DNA from: Wallemia ichthyophaga EXF-994
Lineage: Eukaryota > Fungi > Basidiomycota
NCBI RefSeq assembly: GCF_000400465.1
Contig: NW_008806283.1
Coordinates: 20,001 to 268,000, forward strand
Direction of reading: 5' to 3'
DNA: 248,000 nucleotides
Under the pieces are notes generated by a model. The model made no database searches and had not been told where the DNA came from. It saw only the letters and a program-made list of their open reading frames with translations. The position numbers were made by a program, and so were the translations under genes. This document shows, one piece after another, positions 172,796-187,149 of the stretch. Within the stretch, counting starts at the first letter, position 1. Every line of letters starts with the position of its first letter.

Positions 172796-174294
172796 TTATT
172801 GCTTTGGTAAATCGTTCAAGGATGTCAAAGGAGAAGGAGGATCGTGGATGTTGATCATTGGAGGCATTTGTTGAGGGAAATGAGCTTGGGCTTGGGCTTG
172901 AGCTTGAGCCTGCAATGATTGAACTAATTGAACAGAAGCAGTGGCTGAGATATTCGACATCCAAATTCGAGTTTTAAAACCTCTAAAAAGTTCTCTAACT
173001 AATTCTCTAAAGTCTATCCTTTGTTCGGAAATGAAATAAAAGGTTAATTTGCGTCTATCCCATTGGTATTCAGCGTCAATAACTTCCATTGGCAAGTTCC
173101 TTTGTTTAACTTTTGAGATACAGATTTGCAGGGCCTTTGATTCATCTTGGCGCTTAGTAATCAACAACTGAGTATCAGAAGTGGAAGCCTTGGCAAATAT
173201 TTTCTTTGGTTGGAGGTCTTTAGAGACGGTCTTGAGAGCTTCAAAAGCAGGGTTGTGATTGTTGTGGGTAGCAGAAGCAGCGGGTAATTGATGAACGGAG
173301 GATGTTGGTGAGGGAGCATCATCCAAAGGAGAAACAGATATAGAAGGTCTTGAAGTGGGCATAGAAAAGTCTGAGTGGATGGGATGAACAGACTGCCCAG
173401 ATTGAGAAAATTGGAATTGGTTCAAGTCTTCGATAGTGAGGGAGTCATTTGTAACTTTACCAAGATCCTTGCCCCTGTCAGCTTCAACAATGACGAGGTC
173501 ACCAAAGTGTATATTCGAAGAGAGGGAAGTGTCTAGAGAGTAAAATAAGTCGGACCTTTAAAGTGGGGTTAGTGACGACATAGAAAAAAGGAAAGAACGA
173601 ACCTCGCAGCCTTGAATTCAACGATGAAGAGGGTAGTAAGGGGAGGAATGCTAGACGTGGGAGTGCCTTTGCCGAGATCATTGAGACTTGACTGCGGTTG
173701 CTGGGTCTGAGACTGAGACTGGGATTGAACGTCAAAAGGGAAAAATCTTGGCTGTGTGGGAGAAGAGAGAGGAAGAGGAGGCAAGTTGAAAAAGTGCGCA
173801 GGAGGATGGTTTTGAATTGGGGAGAGTTTGGGGAGGATTTGGTTGAAAGGATTTCTTTGGTTGAGCTCGAGACCAAGCGCGCTGTTGTCTAAAGGTTGTA
173901 GACTTGGGGGGAATTGAGAAGAGAGGGGGGAAGACTGAGAAGCAAAGTCAAATCTGGAGCCCCGCCTTTCGTTGTTCAAGTTGAAGTTGTCGGAGGATGA
174001 TTTGTGGGTGATCGTTGGGGATGACGAGTGGGGGTCTGGAGCTGCAACTTGACCTGGACCTGGACCTGGACCTGGAGCCACGTAAGAAGATCTATGCTTG
174101 TTTATTGGCTCGTCATTCAAATTCAAATTAAAAAAGTCGAGCTCAGTCGTGTTGGCCAGCGTGGGTCTTCTGTACGAATCTTGAGAAGGCTGCGTCGGGC
174201 TATCGATCATAGAATGCCTCCTCAAAGAAATATCATCGATTAATAAATTTTTATTATTAAATGGAGATTTGTTTGAAATATCATTCTCAGCCAT
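172796..174294 (-). CDS. PSP1-domain protein
   Basis: DLVIVEADRGKDLG, EYQWDRRKLTFYF, RIDFRELVRELF. Confidence 0.9.
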
Positions 174295-174325
174295 ACTCGT
174301 TTGTTACCAACGATAGCTGCTGTCA

Positions 174326-177264
174326 ATGTCAGCGTAAGTATATTAATAAATAAAATTTAATTTTTATAATTAATTATTACAGCTACTCGAGACACGCCCC
174401 TACAAAGGCTTTTGGTTTAATATTTAATTCCCCTTCCAACGTACACTATCAAACATCTACAAAGCTAGCATATCTCCCTGCACTTGAAGATGTACTCGTT
174501 TGGGATATTAAATCTGCTACTCTTCAATCTGAGTGGCATGAGACTGGCTGTACAGCTCAAGTTACCCAATTATCCCCAAATCCTGCCAATAACTCCTTCG
174601 CTGTCGGTTATAGTGATGGCTCTATTAGAATTTGGCAGAATAACGCTGCAAACATCACTTTCAACGGCCACAAATCTCCTATCACCTCTCTTGAATGGGA
174701 CTTTGAGGGTATACGCCTTATTTCTGGCTCAAAAGACACAAATATCATCGTTTGGGATACTTTGGCTGAACAAGGTCTTACTCGTTTAAAAGGTCACAAA
174801 GATGCTATAAACACACTCCATTTCATCTCTCAAAATCATTTAATCTCCACTTCAAACGATACTTTCATCAAGCTATGGGATCTTAACACTCAACATTGCT
174901 TACAAACTCTAATTGGTCACAGATCCCCTGTCACCACCTCTACCTTAACAAGTGACCTCTCTTTACTCGCTTCTGGCTCTTCCGATGGTGAAATTAGACT
175001 TTGGTCTATTAACCACGAAAATCTTCATGAGGGCTTGTCTCAAGATGATAATGGCGATTTCATCAAATTCATCAACCATATCTCCACCCTTCCAACTCAC
175101 ACTATTAATAGAAAACGCATCTCTCAACTCGCTTTTCACGATTCCTTACCCTTCTTAGCCATTTTATCTTCTGATAGATCTCTCGAAGTTCTCAGATTGC
175201 GTACTGAAGAAGAAATCAAGTCAAAGATGGCTAGACGTAGACGTCGCAATAAAGATAAAGGAAAAGCTACTCATGATGATTCTTCTGTCATTAACGTCAC
175301 CATGAACGATAGGCTAACTCCATACTTGGTCGTCCATTCTCACTCCAAGATCAAGTCTTTCTCTTTTCCCCCACTTCCTTCTAATTTTGATCCTAAAGCT
175401 CCTGCACAGGTCCTTTTAGCATTAGCCAATAATGCTGTTGAATTGCATGCCATACCAGCACCAACCAAGAAGACCGCTGATGAAAGGGAGCCTGAAGCTT
175501 ACCGCCTTCACTCTTTAGATCTTCCCGGCCATAGAGCTGATATACGCGCACTTGCTCTCTCCTCTGATGATCAGTTGTTAGCCAGTGCATCCAATGGCCA
175601 ACTCAAGGTGTGGAATATGAAAACTCAAGCCTGTCTGAGAACCATAGACTGTGGCTATGCCATCTCTGTTGCTTTCCTCCCAGGCAACAGGTCTATTGTC
175701 ATTGGTACAAAGAGTGGTAACCTTCAACTTTATGATTTAATTTCGTCAACTCAAATTGCAGATGTTGATGCCCACGACAATACTATCTACGCCATTGACA
175801 TCGCACCATCAAAAACTTCACTCGTCACTGCCTCTGGCGATAAAGATGTCAAATTCTGGGATATCACTGAAGTTGAACGTGACTCTGATGTTGTCGAAAA
175901 TCAAAAAGTCAAGTCTGTTGGCATTGTGCACACCCGCACACTCAAAATGACCGATGAAGTGTTGGCTGTTAAGCATTCACCTGATAACCGCTACATAGCA
176001 GTATCACTCTTAGACTCAACTGTCAAGATCTTCTTCAATGATTCACTGAAATTTTATCTATCACTCTACGGACATAAATTGCCCGTATTATCCATGGATA
176101 TCTCACACGACTCGAAACTCATCATCACCTCATCGGCTGACAAGAATATTAAAATTTGGGGTTTGGACTTTGGTGACTGTAGGAAATCTCTTTTTGGTCA
176201 TGATAGCAGTGTGATGCAGGTTCAATTCGAAGCCGATTCTCATAGATTTTGGTCCACATCCAAGGACGCAACCGTTGCTTATTGGGATGGTGACAAATTT
176301 GAACAAATTCAGAAATTGTATGGACATCAAGGTGAAATCTGGGCATTGGTTACATCCAAAGACGGTCAATTCTTGGTAACAGGCTCACACGATAAGAGTT
176401 TGAGAGTCTGGGAAAAGCTCGACGAGCCTTTATTCTTAGAAGAAGAGCGTGAAAAGGCTTTGGAAGAGTTATATGAAGCGGATCTTGCTGATGAGGATGT
176501 TGGCAAGGACCAGAATGATCAGGTTGAAGCTGACAACGTACACAAAGCAACAAGCGAGACGTTGATGGCTGGTGAAAAGATTATTGAAGCCATCGAAATA
176601 TCTGACGAGGATATTAATGCATTGAATGACTACAATAATCTTTCTCAAGTAGATAAGGATAAGGTTGGTGGACCACCCACCCGCCATGCACAGTTTGTCG
176701 CACTGGGTAATCCAACTCCTGACGAATACTTGCTCAAGTTTGTACTTGAGAAGATTTCTCCACCTGATCTTCACGATGCTCTACTCGTTTTGCCTTTTAG
176801 CCATGTCATTTCACTGTTGCGTTATCTCGAAACATGGTCCGAAAAGGTGTGTTATGTTTGAGAAGTATCAAGAGTAAGCTGACAAGAAAACATAGGGATG
176901 GAATATCGGATTAGTCGCGCGTATACTTTTCTTCCTACTCAAGACCCATCACCACCAAATTGTAGCAAACAGAGTGATGAGAAACACAATGATAGGGCTA
177001 AAAAAGTCACTTAGGAAACGCTTGAATGAGCAGAAAGTGAGTTGCTGTCTACGATTAAGGAAATACTTTACTTACACATAACAGTCTGTTGTTGGATTCA
177101 ATCTTGCAGCTCTCAAAGTGATCAGACGTGCACACGACGCTGATCGCATTTCCAAATACTTAGAGGAGGAGGATATGGATGAAGAAAGAGCGAACCAACG
177201 TCTCAAAGCTGAGGAAGAAGCCTTGATGAATGCAGGTAAAAAGAGAAAGAGGATAATATTATAG
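174326..177264 (+). CDS. DIP2: U3 snoRNP WD40 protein Dip2/Utp12
   Basis: WD repeats, LSLYGHKLPVL, Utp12 C-terminus. Confidence 0.92.
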
Positions 177265-177317
177265 ACTAATTGTACAAAACGTAGACTTCTAATTTATATT
177301 ATCATTGCAATTTTAGA

Positions 177318-177700
177318 TCTAACGTATCAGACTAGTCGCTGTGGTTGCGATTCCTCAATCTGTGCTGAATCAGATGACGTCTTGCGCTTTGATTTGAGTT
177401 GTTGGAGCTGAGACTTAAGGCTCTCTGGATCCTTTGCAGGTTTCTTAAAATATTTGTGAGTGATTTTGCTTGTAAACAGCAGTCAGCCTACATTTGTATC
177501 TTCTTCCTTAGGCCAGAATGTCGTTTTTGCCTGCATTTAAAGATCAGAGTGAGTAACTAGGTGTGTGTGTGTATAATCAATCTCACAGGCTCAATGTGCT
177601 TGTCATACCACTCAGGATCTCCAAAATGGTACATGAATGCTATTGGGAAGCTGCCAATACCATCAGCTTAAGCTGGGCGTATAGTGTCACGTCGATAAAT
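177318..177700 (-). CDS. PET100: Cytochrome c oxidase assembly protein Pet100-like
   Basis: FPIAFMYHFGDPEWYDKH read manually. Confidence 0.6.
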
Positions 177701-177806
177701 TAACACTCACAAGAGATAAGCAGCGAATTTGAATATTTCCAAGTTGGGTCCACCCATCCTACAGCGTATTCTTCCTAATCGACGGCCAAGTCCAAGGGGC
177801 TAGATA

Positions 177807-179500
177807 ATGACAGACATTGATACAGACTTTAATAGTATTTCACTGCTATCCAATCATAACAAGGAAAATGCCATGACTTCAATTGCTATACCCAAATCAT
177901 CCACTTCTCTAAAAGATAACGATATCGATGATAGCAACCATAATGAGAGGAATGAGAGTTCGCCAAGAGGCAGGCATACAAAAATGCGTTCCTTGAGCAA
178001 TCCCGCATCTGATTTGGATACGGATACTGGCTTGTTGTTACGCAGAGTTGATGAGACTGCCTCTACATCAAGGAGGCATTCATTACATAAAGGGAAACAT
178101 AATATTATACACGCTATCGAAGAAAACGATAAGGGCTCTTCTGATATCGACTGGCAGTTCTGGGGCGAAGTGATGGCTAGTAAGTCTGAGACATTTCGGT
178201 GAGATATGCCTGACAGGTGTGCGTTATAGACTACGAGGACGTAGCTCATAACCAACCGCATGCGCTCTCCAAGGCTATTCAGAAGGGTATACCCAAGGAA
178301 TTACGCGGAATGTTGTGGCAGCTCATGTGAGTAACGTCATTGATGTGATTATCGTTGTTGACTATTATGCTCTAAAGGAGTAGCTCCAAGAACCCAGATC
178401 TAGAAGCATTATACCAAGAATACCTAAAGTTGTCATCAGTAAATGACAAAGCGATACATAAAGATCTTTCACGCACATTCCCGGCGTTGGAGTACTTCCA
178501 GGACCCAGATTCAGTAAATTGGCTTTTCAACGTGGCCAAAGCTTACTCACTTTATGATGTGGAGTGTGGATATACCCAGGGAATCCTATTCGTTATAGGT
178601 CCTCTTCTGTTAAATGCGCCAGATGAAGAGGCCTTTGGACTGCTAATCAGATTAATGCAATCTTATGATCTGCGTGGTCACTATCTACCTGAAATGCCTG
178701 GTTTACATTTGAGACTTTTCCAGTTTGATAGACTATTGGAAGAGTTTTTACCCATGGTGTACACGCACCTCACTAAACAAGGTGTCAAATCTTCGATGTA
178801 TGCTTCTCAATGGTTTATGACACTTTTTTCGTATCGCTTTCCACTCGACATTGTCTACAGGATATTCGACAACATATTCGCTGAAGGTATAGAGGCTATT
178901 TTTAGGTTTGGCATAGGATTGATGAAAAAGAATGAAGACAAATTACTGTCTCTGCAATTTGAAAATATAGTCGACTTTCTCAAAGAGGGAATGTTGGAAG
179001 CATACAGAATACCACGAGATACCACAACTAGGGCAGGATCAGTGTCACTGCAGGCACCTCTACTCAGAGGGACATCACACAGCTCACCACACTCGAGTAT
179101 AAGCGGAAGCGTCTCCCCCAGACTAGCTACTTCAGCGGATAGCGGTGAATGGGACTGTGATTCATTAGTCTCAGATGCTTATGATGTCAAGATAACACCA
179201 TTCCAACTAGATTCTTATGCTTCTGAATGGGCTGAGACTTGTTACAATGTCAACAAACACGCGCATGAAGTCGATGAATTGAGACTGGCAAATAGAGGTC
179301 TGTCTTCGCAGATAAAAAAACTGGAGGCTAGTCTTACGCAGATCAACGGAGAGCATTGCGAGCTGGTTAAAACTCTCGTCAATATAAGAATCGAGAAAGA
179401 TGAGATGGAGGAATCTCTAATCAACAAGCTAGTCAGGGCACAGATGGAGAAGGCAGCAGCAGAGGAGGAGCTTCAACGCATGAGAGAGCACATCAGGTGA
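177807..179500 (+). CDS. TBC-domain Rab GAP (Gyp5/EVI5-like)
   Basis: IHKDLSRTFP, GYTQG, YASQWFMTLF. Confidence 0.9.
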
Positions 179501-179761
179501 TAAACAAGAAAATCAAAATAGCAGTTTCTAATTTGTTTCAATTTCAAGGTCTCACTGATATGGTAAGTGGTAAAATGAAAATTTAAAAAATTGTATGAAA
179601 GTGGAAATGGAGAGAACGATTGTAATAACGCAGTTTAAATTAAAAGCCTTACGATTTTTGCTTAAATTAAAAATATAAAATCTCACGGCGTTCACTCGCT
179701 AAGACGAATCCATCGATCTTTCCTAAACTTAATTTATCGTTCAAAAAATAAGATTGTTTAG

Positions 179762-181203
179762 ATGACGGCAGCTGGCACATCTAGCGGCGAGACACCAGCC
179801 GCATTAGCTGAATTAGTAACTCAAGTGTCTCCAAATTCCCAACCGCAGAGGAATACGCGTCAACCTGTTCGCAAGACTAAGAAAAAGAAACAGCCTGCTC
179901 CCAGTGAAACTGAGAAGAACATCGGCAGTCACGAGAATACCAATAAACAGCCCCAACAATCGTTATCGACTTCAGAAAATGACGCTCAATCACCCCATAC
180001 TGAACAGCCTCCACAAAGACCCGAGCAGATTCCTACAACAGCGACAAACAATGGTTAGTGTTTATCTTACATAATTATAGACTCAAATTTACCAAATACT
180101 CACTAGTAAAAGAAGAAACTCAGCCAACGAAAGAACCTTCCAAACCAGTACCCAAACAGCGCAAAAAGAAGTCAAAATTATCTTCATTCTTCTCTTCCAT
180201 CGTTCCATGCGTTGGAGAATCATCAAGAAATCCAGCGCACGACATTTCATCGAGTGAGGCACCACACAAAACACAAAATCAACCGTCAGCATCAACATCA
180301 CGGCGGAAGTCTAATAATAACATAAATAACTCAAGTACAGTAGACCTTAGTCAGAATAATGAAGATGATATACCACCTGCTACGCCAGTCATACCTTCTC
180401 AAGGAGTTGATATGCCTCTATCAGATACAGCTGGATTGACCTCAGGAGCTGTTATGCCCCCCGGAAAAGAATTAAATCCACCAACACCATCTCGTCAACC
180501 ATCCACTCACCAACACCACGAAAGCGAATCTTCTGAGGAAGAGGAAGAAGAGGAAGTTGATGAATTTGAGAGTGAGCTGGCAGATGAGGAGCGCATAATC
180601 GCAAAAGGTGGAATGGGTATACCAGTTGGTGAGGATGGTCAACCTAACCCTCTTTTACCTCCTTTAATCACATCAGACAATGGCAAAAAGTGCTTAGTTT
180701 TGGATTTGGATGAGACTTTAGTGCACAGTTCATTTAAATTAATTCAGCATGCTGATTACGTGGTACCTGTTGAAATTGAGTCGCAAACTCACAACGTATA
180801 CGTGATAAAGCGCCCAGGAGTTGATGCTTTCCTTAAGAGAATGGGTGATTTGTTTGAAATTGTCGTATTCACAGCTTCACTATCTAAATACGCCGACCCA
180901 GTATTAGATATGTTGGATATCAACAGAGTAGTCAGGCACCGATTATTCAGAGAAAGTTGTTACAATCATAAAGGAAATTATGTCAAGGATCTCTCACAAT
181001 TAGGTAGACTGATCAACGATAGTATAATCATCGATAATAGCCCTGCATCTTACGTATTTCATCCAAACAATGCAGTACCAGTTTCAAGTTGGTTCAATGA
181101 TCCTCATGATACTGAATTGACCGATTTGTGTCCTTTCTTGACAGATTTGACAGCGGTTGATGATGTTAGAGGCATATTAAATGGTACTTTATTAGCTTCA
181201 TAG
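179762..181203 (+). CDS. PSR1: CTD-like small phosphatase Psr1/2
   Basis: [22 protein letters not shown]. Confidence 0.92.
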
Positions 181204-181548
181204 TCTTTCAGTTCCCTACCTTGACACAGTTCATATTCAATATTTTTCAATTTACATTCAATTAGATTTGCATTCATAATACTTGGTCAATCAACACATT
181301 CCACAGCTCTCAAAATGTTATAACTTTAGTTAAACACAATCGAATCATTTGAAACACCGAAACCAGTCATTGCTACTCCTTTCACTTCTACAATTTGTAA
181401 TTCTTTAATTCCAATTACATTAAAACTTCATCCAAATTCTAAAGCGATTTCAAATGCGTAATCATTCATGAAAGTACAAGCATAGTCATTGCTCCCCAAA
181501 GACGTGTCATTTTCATTCAAGTTTTCTAGCAGCAATTGCTTAAATCGC

Positions 181549-182719
181549 TCAGATACCTGCAAAGTATGGTCCAAATGCATGGACGTGATCGTTGAGTAAG
181601 CTAAAGTTGTATGGTGTGACTGGAACTTCTTCGTCGGTGATTGCGATGAAGACGGTTCCATTAACGCCCATACCCTTGCCGTACATCATAAAGTCTGGGT
181701 GGATAGTGGTAGCTGTCATGGCCTCAGTGTCGATGTTTTCGAGTGGAGCATATGTGACATTAAGTTGGTGAATGAAGGCGACGTGCGATGGGTCACCAAG
181801 ATCTGGGTTCTTATCGGTGGTGTAGTTTTGCTCTGATGGTCCAACAGCCATACCTGGTGCCTCCCATTGCAGCTCGAGCTGTCTGCCAGGTTGAGCTACG
181901 TGTGTGTAGTTATTACTGACAGCGGATTCGATAGATGTGTCGAGCGTCGCGTTGGCGTTGGTGACATTCAAAGCTGGGAAGACTGGGAACTCGACTCTTG
182001 GGTTGCTTTCTGGGCAGCTGTCGAGGTAAGGAACCAACAAGCTCCAAGCCATAGCTTGAGTGAGACCTGTATTGAATTAATCAGCTTAAAAATCCTTGGA
182101 TGAGAATTTTCCTACCCATGTTAAACCAGTATGGTTGTGGGAATTCACCCGCCATCATTGCCATAGAGACTTCTTGCTTGGCCTCAGTGGTGATACTTTG
182201 AAGAAGCTATGTTTCATCAGAAAAATCATTAGCAAGACAATGTCTACTCACAAGTTGAGCGATTGGGCGAGAGTCCAAATGAGGAAGGAAACCATAGACA
182301 CCTGCTTCACCGAATCTAGTGATGTATTCTGCGAACGCAAGTGCCTCTCTCACAGTAGTGTAAGGGTACTTGTATGAGCACTGTTGGGAGGTCTGTCCAA
182401 CCGACGCAAGAATGTTGTTGATCATCTCTGCATGACCAACCTCTTGCTCAGCCATTTCTTGGATGTAATATCTTTGTGATGCGTCAATGCCAACAGCTTC
182501 GAAATCCTCGTCTGGAAATGATGCGAGGATGTTGTGAAAGAGGTCTAACTCCAGGAACTCCTGGTTAACACCAACGACAAAGCTGGCGGTGTCAAAGTCG
182601 GACATTGGGGTGTACTCAGGGAGTTCGTCACCTGAAACGCCCACGCCACCGTCTGGGGGCGCTGGGTATGCAAGTGCAGAAGAGGCTATGATTGCTGAGC
182701 TGAGAAGTTTGGAGATCAT
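181549..182719 (-). CDS. Rds1-like secreted ferritin-fold protein, copy 2
   Basis: Translated exons identical to copy 1. Confidence 0.85.
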
Positions 182720-183329
182720 TGTGGTAGTAGTAAAAGAAAAATGCATTACTTCTTAAAGGGGTCTCGGCAAAACATGCAATAAGTTCACCCACTCAGACAT
182801 CAGTCCGGGTAAAAGTTGGTAAAAGCTTTCCGGATGAAAGGATGTCTGTGATTGCTGTATCGAGTAGCGACGTTATTTAATAATGATCCCCTGATCAGTT
182901 ACGTCACATATATCACGTTTCGAATTCAATTGTTAATGTCACCCTTCGAATTCGATTGTGATAGCCAAGAAATCCTGTTCTATTCCGAGACACATCTCTG
183001 TCACAGTCGGATGTGTATCGTATATTAGCACGAGTAGCAATCGAGTAAAAGTAGCTTTTAGCTCTTCAGAAGGCCGTAGAAGGGCAGTAGCCTAGACTCT
183101 GTTGCCATCCAATCCTTTCCAAGATTATTCATCAGCCACGCTCAATCATTAACGAATAGGAAGACAATTAATTAAAAAAAATCTTACTATTCGTGGATCT
183201 AGTTAGTGTCTAGTTTTATTCTGATTATCTAGATGTAAGCTGTTGTTCTGTTCAACGTAGTAAGCTTGTTTTTGTTATAAATCAAAACATTCCAATGTAA
183301 ATTTCAATCAATTATTAAACCAAGCTCAT

Positions 183330-184708
183330 TGTTCACGCGCTAATGGATTTACAAGCATTTCACCGAATTTTATTAAACTGGATGTACCACGTGGTTCGTT
183401 CAGAAGGAGTGGAATCTTTGGAAAGTCAATTAGTGCTGATTGCGTAAAAATACGCTTACTTTAACAATGTGGAAGTCTTCTCCATATCTAATACACTCAT
183501 CAGCATTTGACGTTACACTCATCAAACACTCACAAGTCATCAGCTTCTGCAAGATATTTCTTTTGGGTGCCATCTCTTGCTAGACATCTATCGCAATTTG
183601 ATCGAGAGTTACCTTGATCGTCTTGTGGTAGCAAGAGGAGGTTGTTTATAACTATGTTGCTGGTATCTATGCCACTGATTGAGTGTTAGTAGCTTCAAGC
183701 ATAGTTGAAAGCACTCACTAAGTCGAAAGTTCTTGTATCAGACGCTCAGTTTCGTATATAGACAAGAACTCAGCAATACAGACACAAACAACTGGAGATG
183801 GTGCGATTAGAGTTAGTGAGGCATTAATTACCAATACTACTCACAAGTTGTCAAGTCAGCGTTCTCAGAAATAATCAGCTGTGAACGCGATCATAGCTCA
183901 ACTGACTCACCTTGAATTGGGTGTTGACTTCATCGATGGTAGTGCGCATACTCTCTAATTTAGCAAAAATATCCTCTTGGGCATTAGCTCCCCCTCCCAT
184001 CATACCGGTGAAGTTGTTGATCAGACCACCAAATCGACCAGACAAAGAGCTAATTTTCTCCAAAGCCTTGGACAGAACGGTTGGGAAAGATAAGAAACGT
184101 AAAGTGTGACCAGTAGGAGCAGTATCAAAAACGATACAGCTATATTGTTGAGAATTGACGTATTTCATAATCTCAGCGAATCCCATAGCCTCATCAACAC
184201 CTGGGATAGCGAATGCCAAATCTTGGACAAAGCTGTTCAAGCCATTTGAATCACTGTCTTCATTGCTCTGGACCATTTCAGTTAAGGCTGCAGAAGGATC
184301 GATTTCCATTGCGGATAAGTTGTCGAAACCGTTGACATTAGTTGCCTCTTTTGAGAATTTCTGATTAAAAGCATCTGAAAGGTTGTGTGCGGGGTCTGTT
184401 GACTGTAAATGCGTAAAGGTGCTTAGAAACTTGTTACGTTTGAGTGAAATATATAACTCACTATCAGCAAAACGCTTTCACGGGACTTTGCGAGCTGAAT
184501 AGCTAAAGAGCAAGACGTTGTAGTCTTACCGACACCACCTTTACCACCTAATTCAAAGATATAGACATTCACCGTCCTGATGCAAGTACTAACCACAGAA
184601 GATCCATTTGAGCGTCTAAGCTTGTTTAGTAAAGCGTCTTTAGAAAACTCAAATCTCACTTTGTTATTGACTACATTCTCAAGCGTTGGTGCAAACTCGT
184701 CTGCCATT
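183330..184708 (-). CDS. GET3: GET3/ArsA ATPase
   Basis: [33 protein letters not shown]. Confidence 0.95.
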
Positions 184709-184823
184709 TTGATATTGCTGGTCAAGAATCAACTTCCATGTCGCTTGTATTTCAGACTTTGAATTTATTGAGTGTGGAGAGGAACAGTTACGGCGTTAGA
184801 ACGGGCGATTACTTGAGATACAG

Positions 184824-186335
184824 GTGGGTATGTTTATATGCATGAAATGCCTTGTAACAGCGCATAGGAAACACTGTACTAGAAAGATCAATAAGCTGCG
184901 TAGAAATCTCAAGCTGACGAATGGAAAAGGCAAGAGATTCAATAAATGTACAGCAGAATCCATTCTCAGACAATCTGATATCAGAGTATTGGAATTGCTG
185001 CTCCTCTCTGCCGATAAATATTGGGCTGAGTCTCAAGAGAATAAAGACGCAACGAGCAAATTGAGAAGATCAGATCAATTTGCAAATGTCTTAATTGAGG
185101 CTTCTTCCAAGTTCGGTCTTCACTCCAGTGACACTGTTCAGTTGGAAATATATCACAAATTCATCCAAGGAAGCTACAATTTGAGTAAAAATAAGTTCCA
185201 CGACGCACTCAACTTATTGTCAATCTCTTACGTTTACCTCAAAAACCTTATTAACGCTGCACCTAATGATAAGATTAGGGCTTTGGGTGAAGGGTGGTTA
185301 GATGAGTTATCACCCAAAATTCGTTACTGCTCTTATCAAAGCGGGAACAAATCTACATCACATGAGATTGATAGAATAGCAAACGAGCATTCATCTTCTC
185401 ACTCGTTTGTTCAACTCGAGTACAGCCAAGAAGATAAGCCAACTAAAGTAAAGAACTTGACATGGCGTGGCAAGGAATTACGACTCACATCTGTTGACGT
185501 CGTTGAAGCCATACACAAGTTACAGTCTGTCATTGACAAGAAGTCTGGTAAATCAACCCAATCACTATCAAACTATGACGAAATTCTCAACACTTACACC
185601 AACGCGATAGAGATATCGCCTCAAGGTCTATTGAAGCAGGTCCTCACGTACAAAATGCTCGCTTTGAGATTAGAAAGAGATCTCAAAATCAACAACCAAC
185701 TCGAGTCAAACGAACCTGCAAAAAATAGATCAAAAGTTAAAGTTATCGATGGAATTATCTTCACATTAGAGCAATTACGTAATTTGCACATTGTTGAATC
185801 TGACGACTCGGATTTGAGTGGTTATGTTGAGACTAAAATCAGCTACCATCAAGCACTTAAGAATTACACCCTCGGTTTATCGCACTTGATGGCTCACAGC
185901 TATGGACCTTCTATCAGATTACTGGAGTCTTGCAAGTTCTACAACAGATCAGGATTAGAATTGTTGATGAGCCTTGATGAAAGCACCTTAAACCATTCTG
186001 AAGCATTCGAGCCAGTCGTTGACATCGCTCTAATTGAAGACTTGAATAAGATGGTAGACACAGCTCTGGTTAACTCCAAGAAGGCTTGGTTCGCTCAGCA
186101 GTTCAAGCGTCCACTCTTCTTCGATATTGCCAACACCTACGTTGAACCACCACTTGACTACATACTTGACAAATCTCAATCCAAAGATACAAAACCTTCT
186201 AAAAAGGAAGCTCAGAAACCGCCCACTGGCCACGTCATCTCTAGTGAAGATTCTAAACAAACTCAAGACTCTGCTGAGAAGAATGCCAACAAGACTGCCT
186301 CTTCAGGGTGGTTTGGTAGTTTATGGAAGCGTTGA
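184824..186335 (+). CDS. SRP68: Signal recognition particle subunit Srp68
   Basis: RKHCTRKINKLR, PLFFDIA. Confidence 0.85.
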   Translation: MGMFICMKCLVTAHRKHCTRKINKLRRNLKLTNGKGKRFNKCTAESILRQSDIRVLELLLLSADKYWAESQENKDATSKLRRSDQFANVLIEASSKFGLHSSDTVQLEIYHKFIQGSYNLSKNKFHDALNLLSISYVYLKNLINAAPNDKIRALGEGWLDELSPKIRYCSYQSGNKSTSHEIDRIANEHSSSHSFVQLEYSQEDKPTKVKNLTWRGKELRLTSVDVVEAIHKLQSVIDKKSGKSTQSLSNYDEILNTYTNAIEISPQGLLKQVLTYKMLALRLERDLKINNQLESNEPAKNRSKVKVIDGIIFTLEQLRNLHIVESDDSDLSGYVETKISYHQALKNYTLGLSHLMAHSYGPSIRLLESCKFYNRSGLELLMSLDESTLNHSEAFEPVVDIALIEDLNKMVDTALVNSKKAWFAQQFKRPLFFDIANTYVEPPLDYILDKSQSKDTKPSKKEAQKPPTGHVISSEDSKQTQDSAEKNANKTASSGWFGSLWKR

Positions 186336-187149
186336 TTGTGTTCAAAGTATAAAACATATCTTGAAATTATAGATAGAAATGAATCAAAGGATCTTTGAGT
186401 ACCTGTGTTTTGATTACTGTAGATGCTTTCACCCATGTAGAAGACCTTGTAAGTATCAATAAAGCCAGAAGCCAAAGCACATTTTTGTGTCAGCCGCCCA
186501 AATCGACGTATCTAAGTACGCGATGAACCAAACAACTATATCATTAAGCAACAAGATTTTGTCTCAATGGATCAAGACCAAATGTAGAAATATATGATAA
186601 GTGATGTGCTAACACTTATAATATCTGACAAAATACTTGACAACCTACGAAGCATCCAACTGACAAAATACTAAGACTTGCTTGAGTCATCTCTCACTTA
186701 TTCAATTGAAGTCCAACTAATCATTAATCTGGTTTCCCTCAAGGCGTTTATCAATGATGTCAACAGAGTCGTGTTATCAGAGTGAAAGTGTGATGAATTG
186801 TGTTATACGAGAGTTAAATAATAATAACAATTTAAGTGACAACACCTAAATACATTCAACGTCATCATGTTTCATGACTCCTAATTTTTCTCATTTTACA
186901 GCATTATAGTTGATCCTCGCAGAGCAGCAACAGCTCGAAAACAGTCAAACACTAGCAAACTTCAACAGCCAGTACTATTATAAAGCTAAATAGATCAATG
187001 AAATTACTCTTTTATATCTGATTATACCCTGATTCTTACCACATCACCAAAATAAAGCTCGTCATCTCCAAATCAAGAACGACACGCTCAGTAACGTCTT
187101 CTTCATATTGCTGTAATTACTACAAATATTAATATCATTCTATAGCTGT

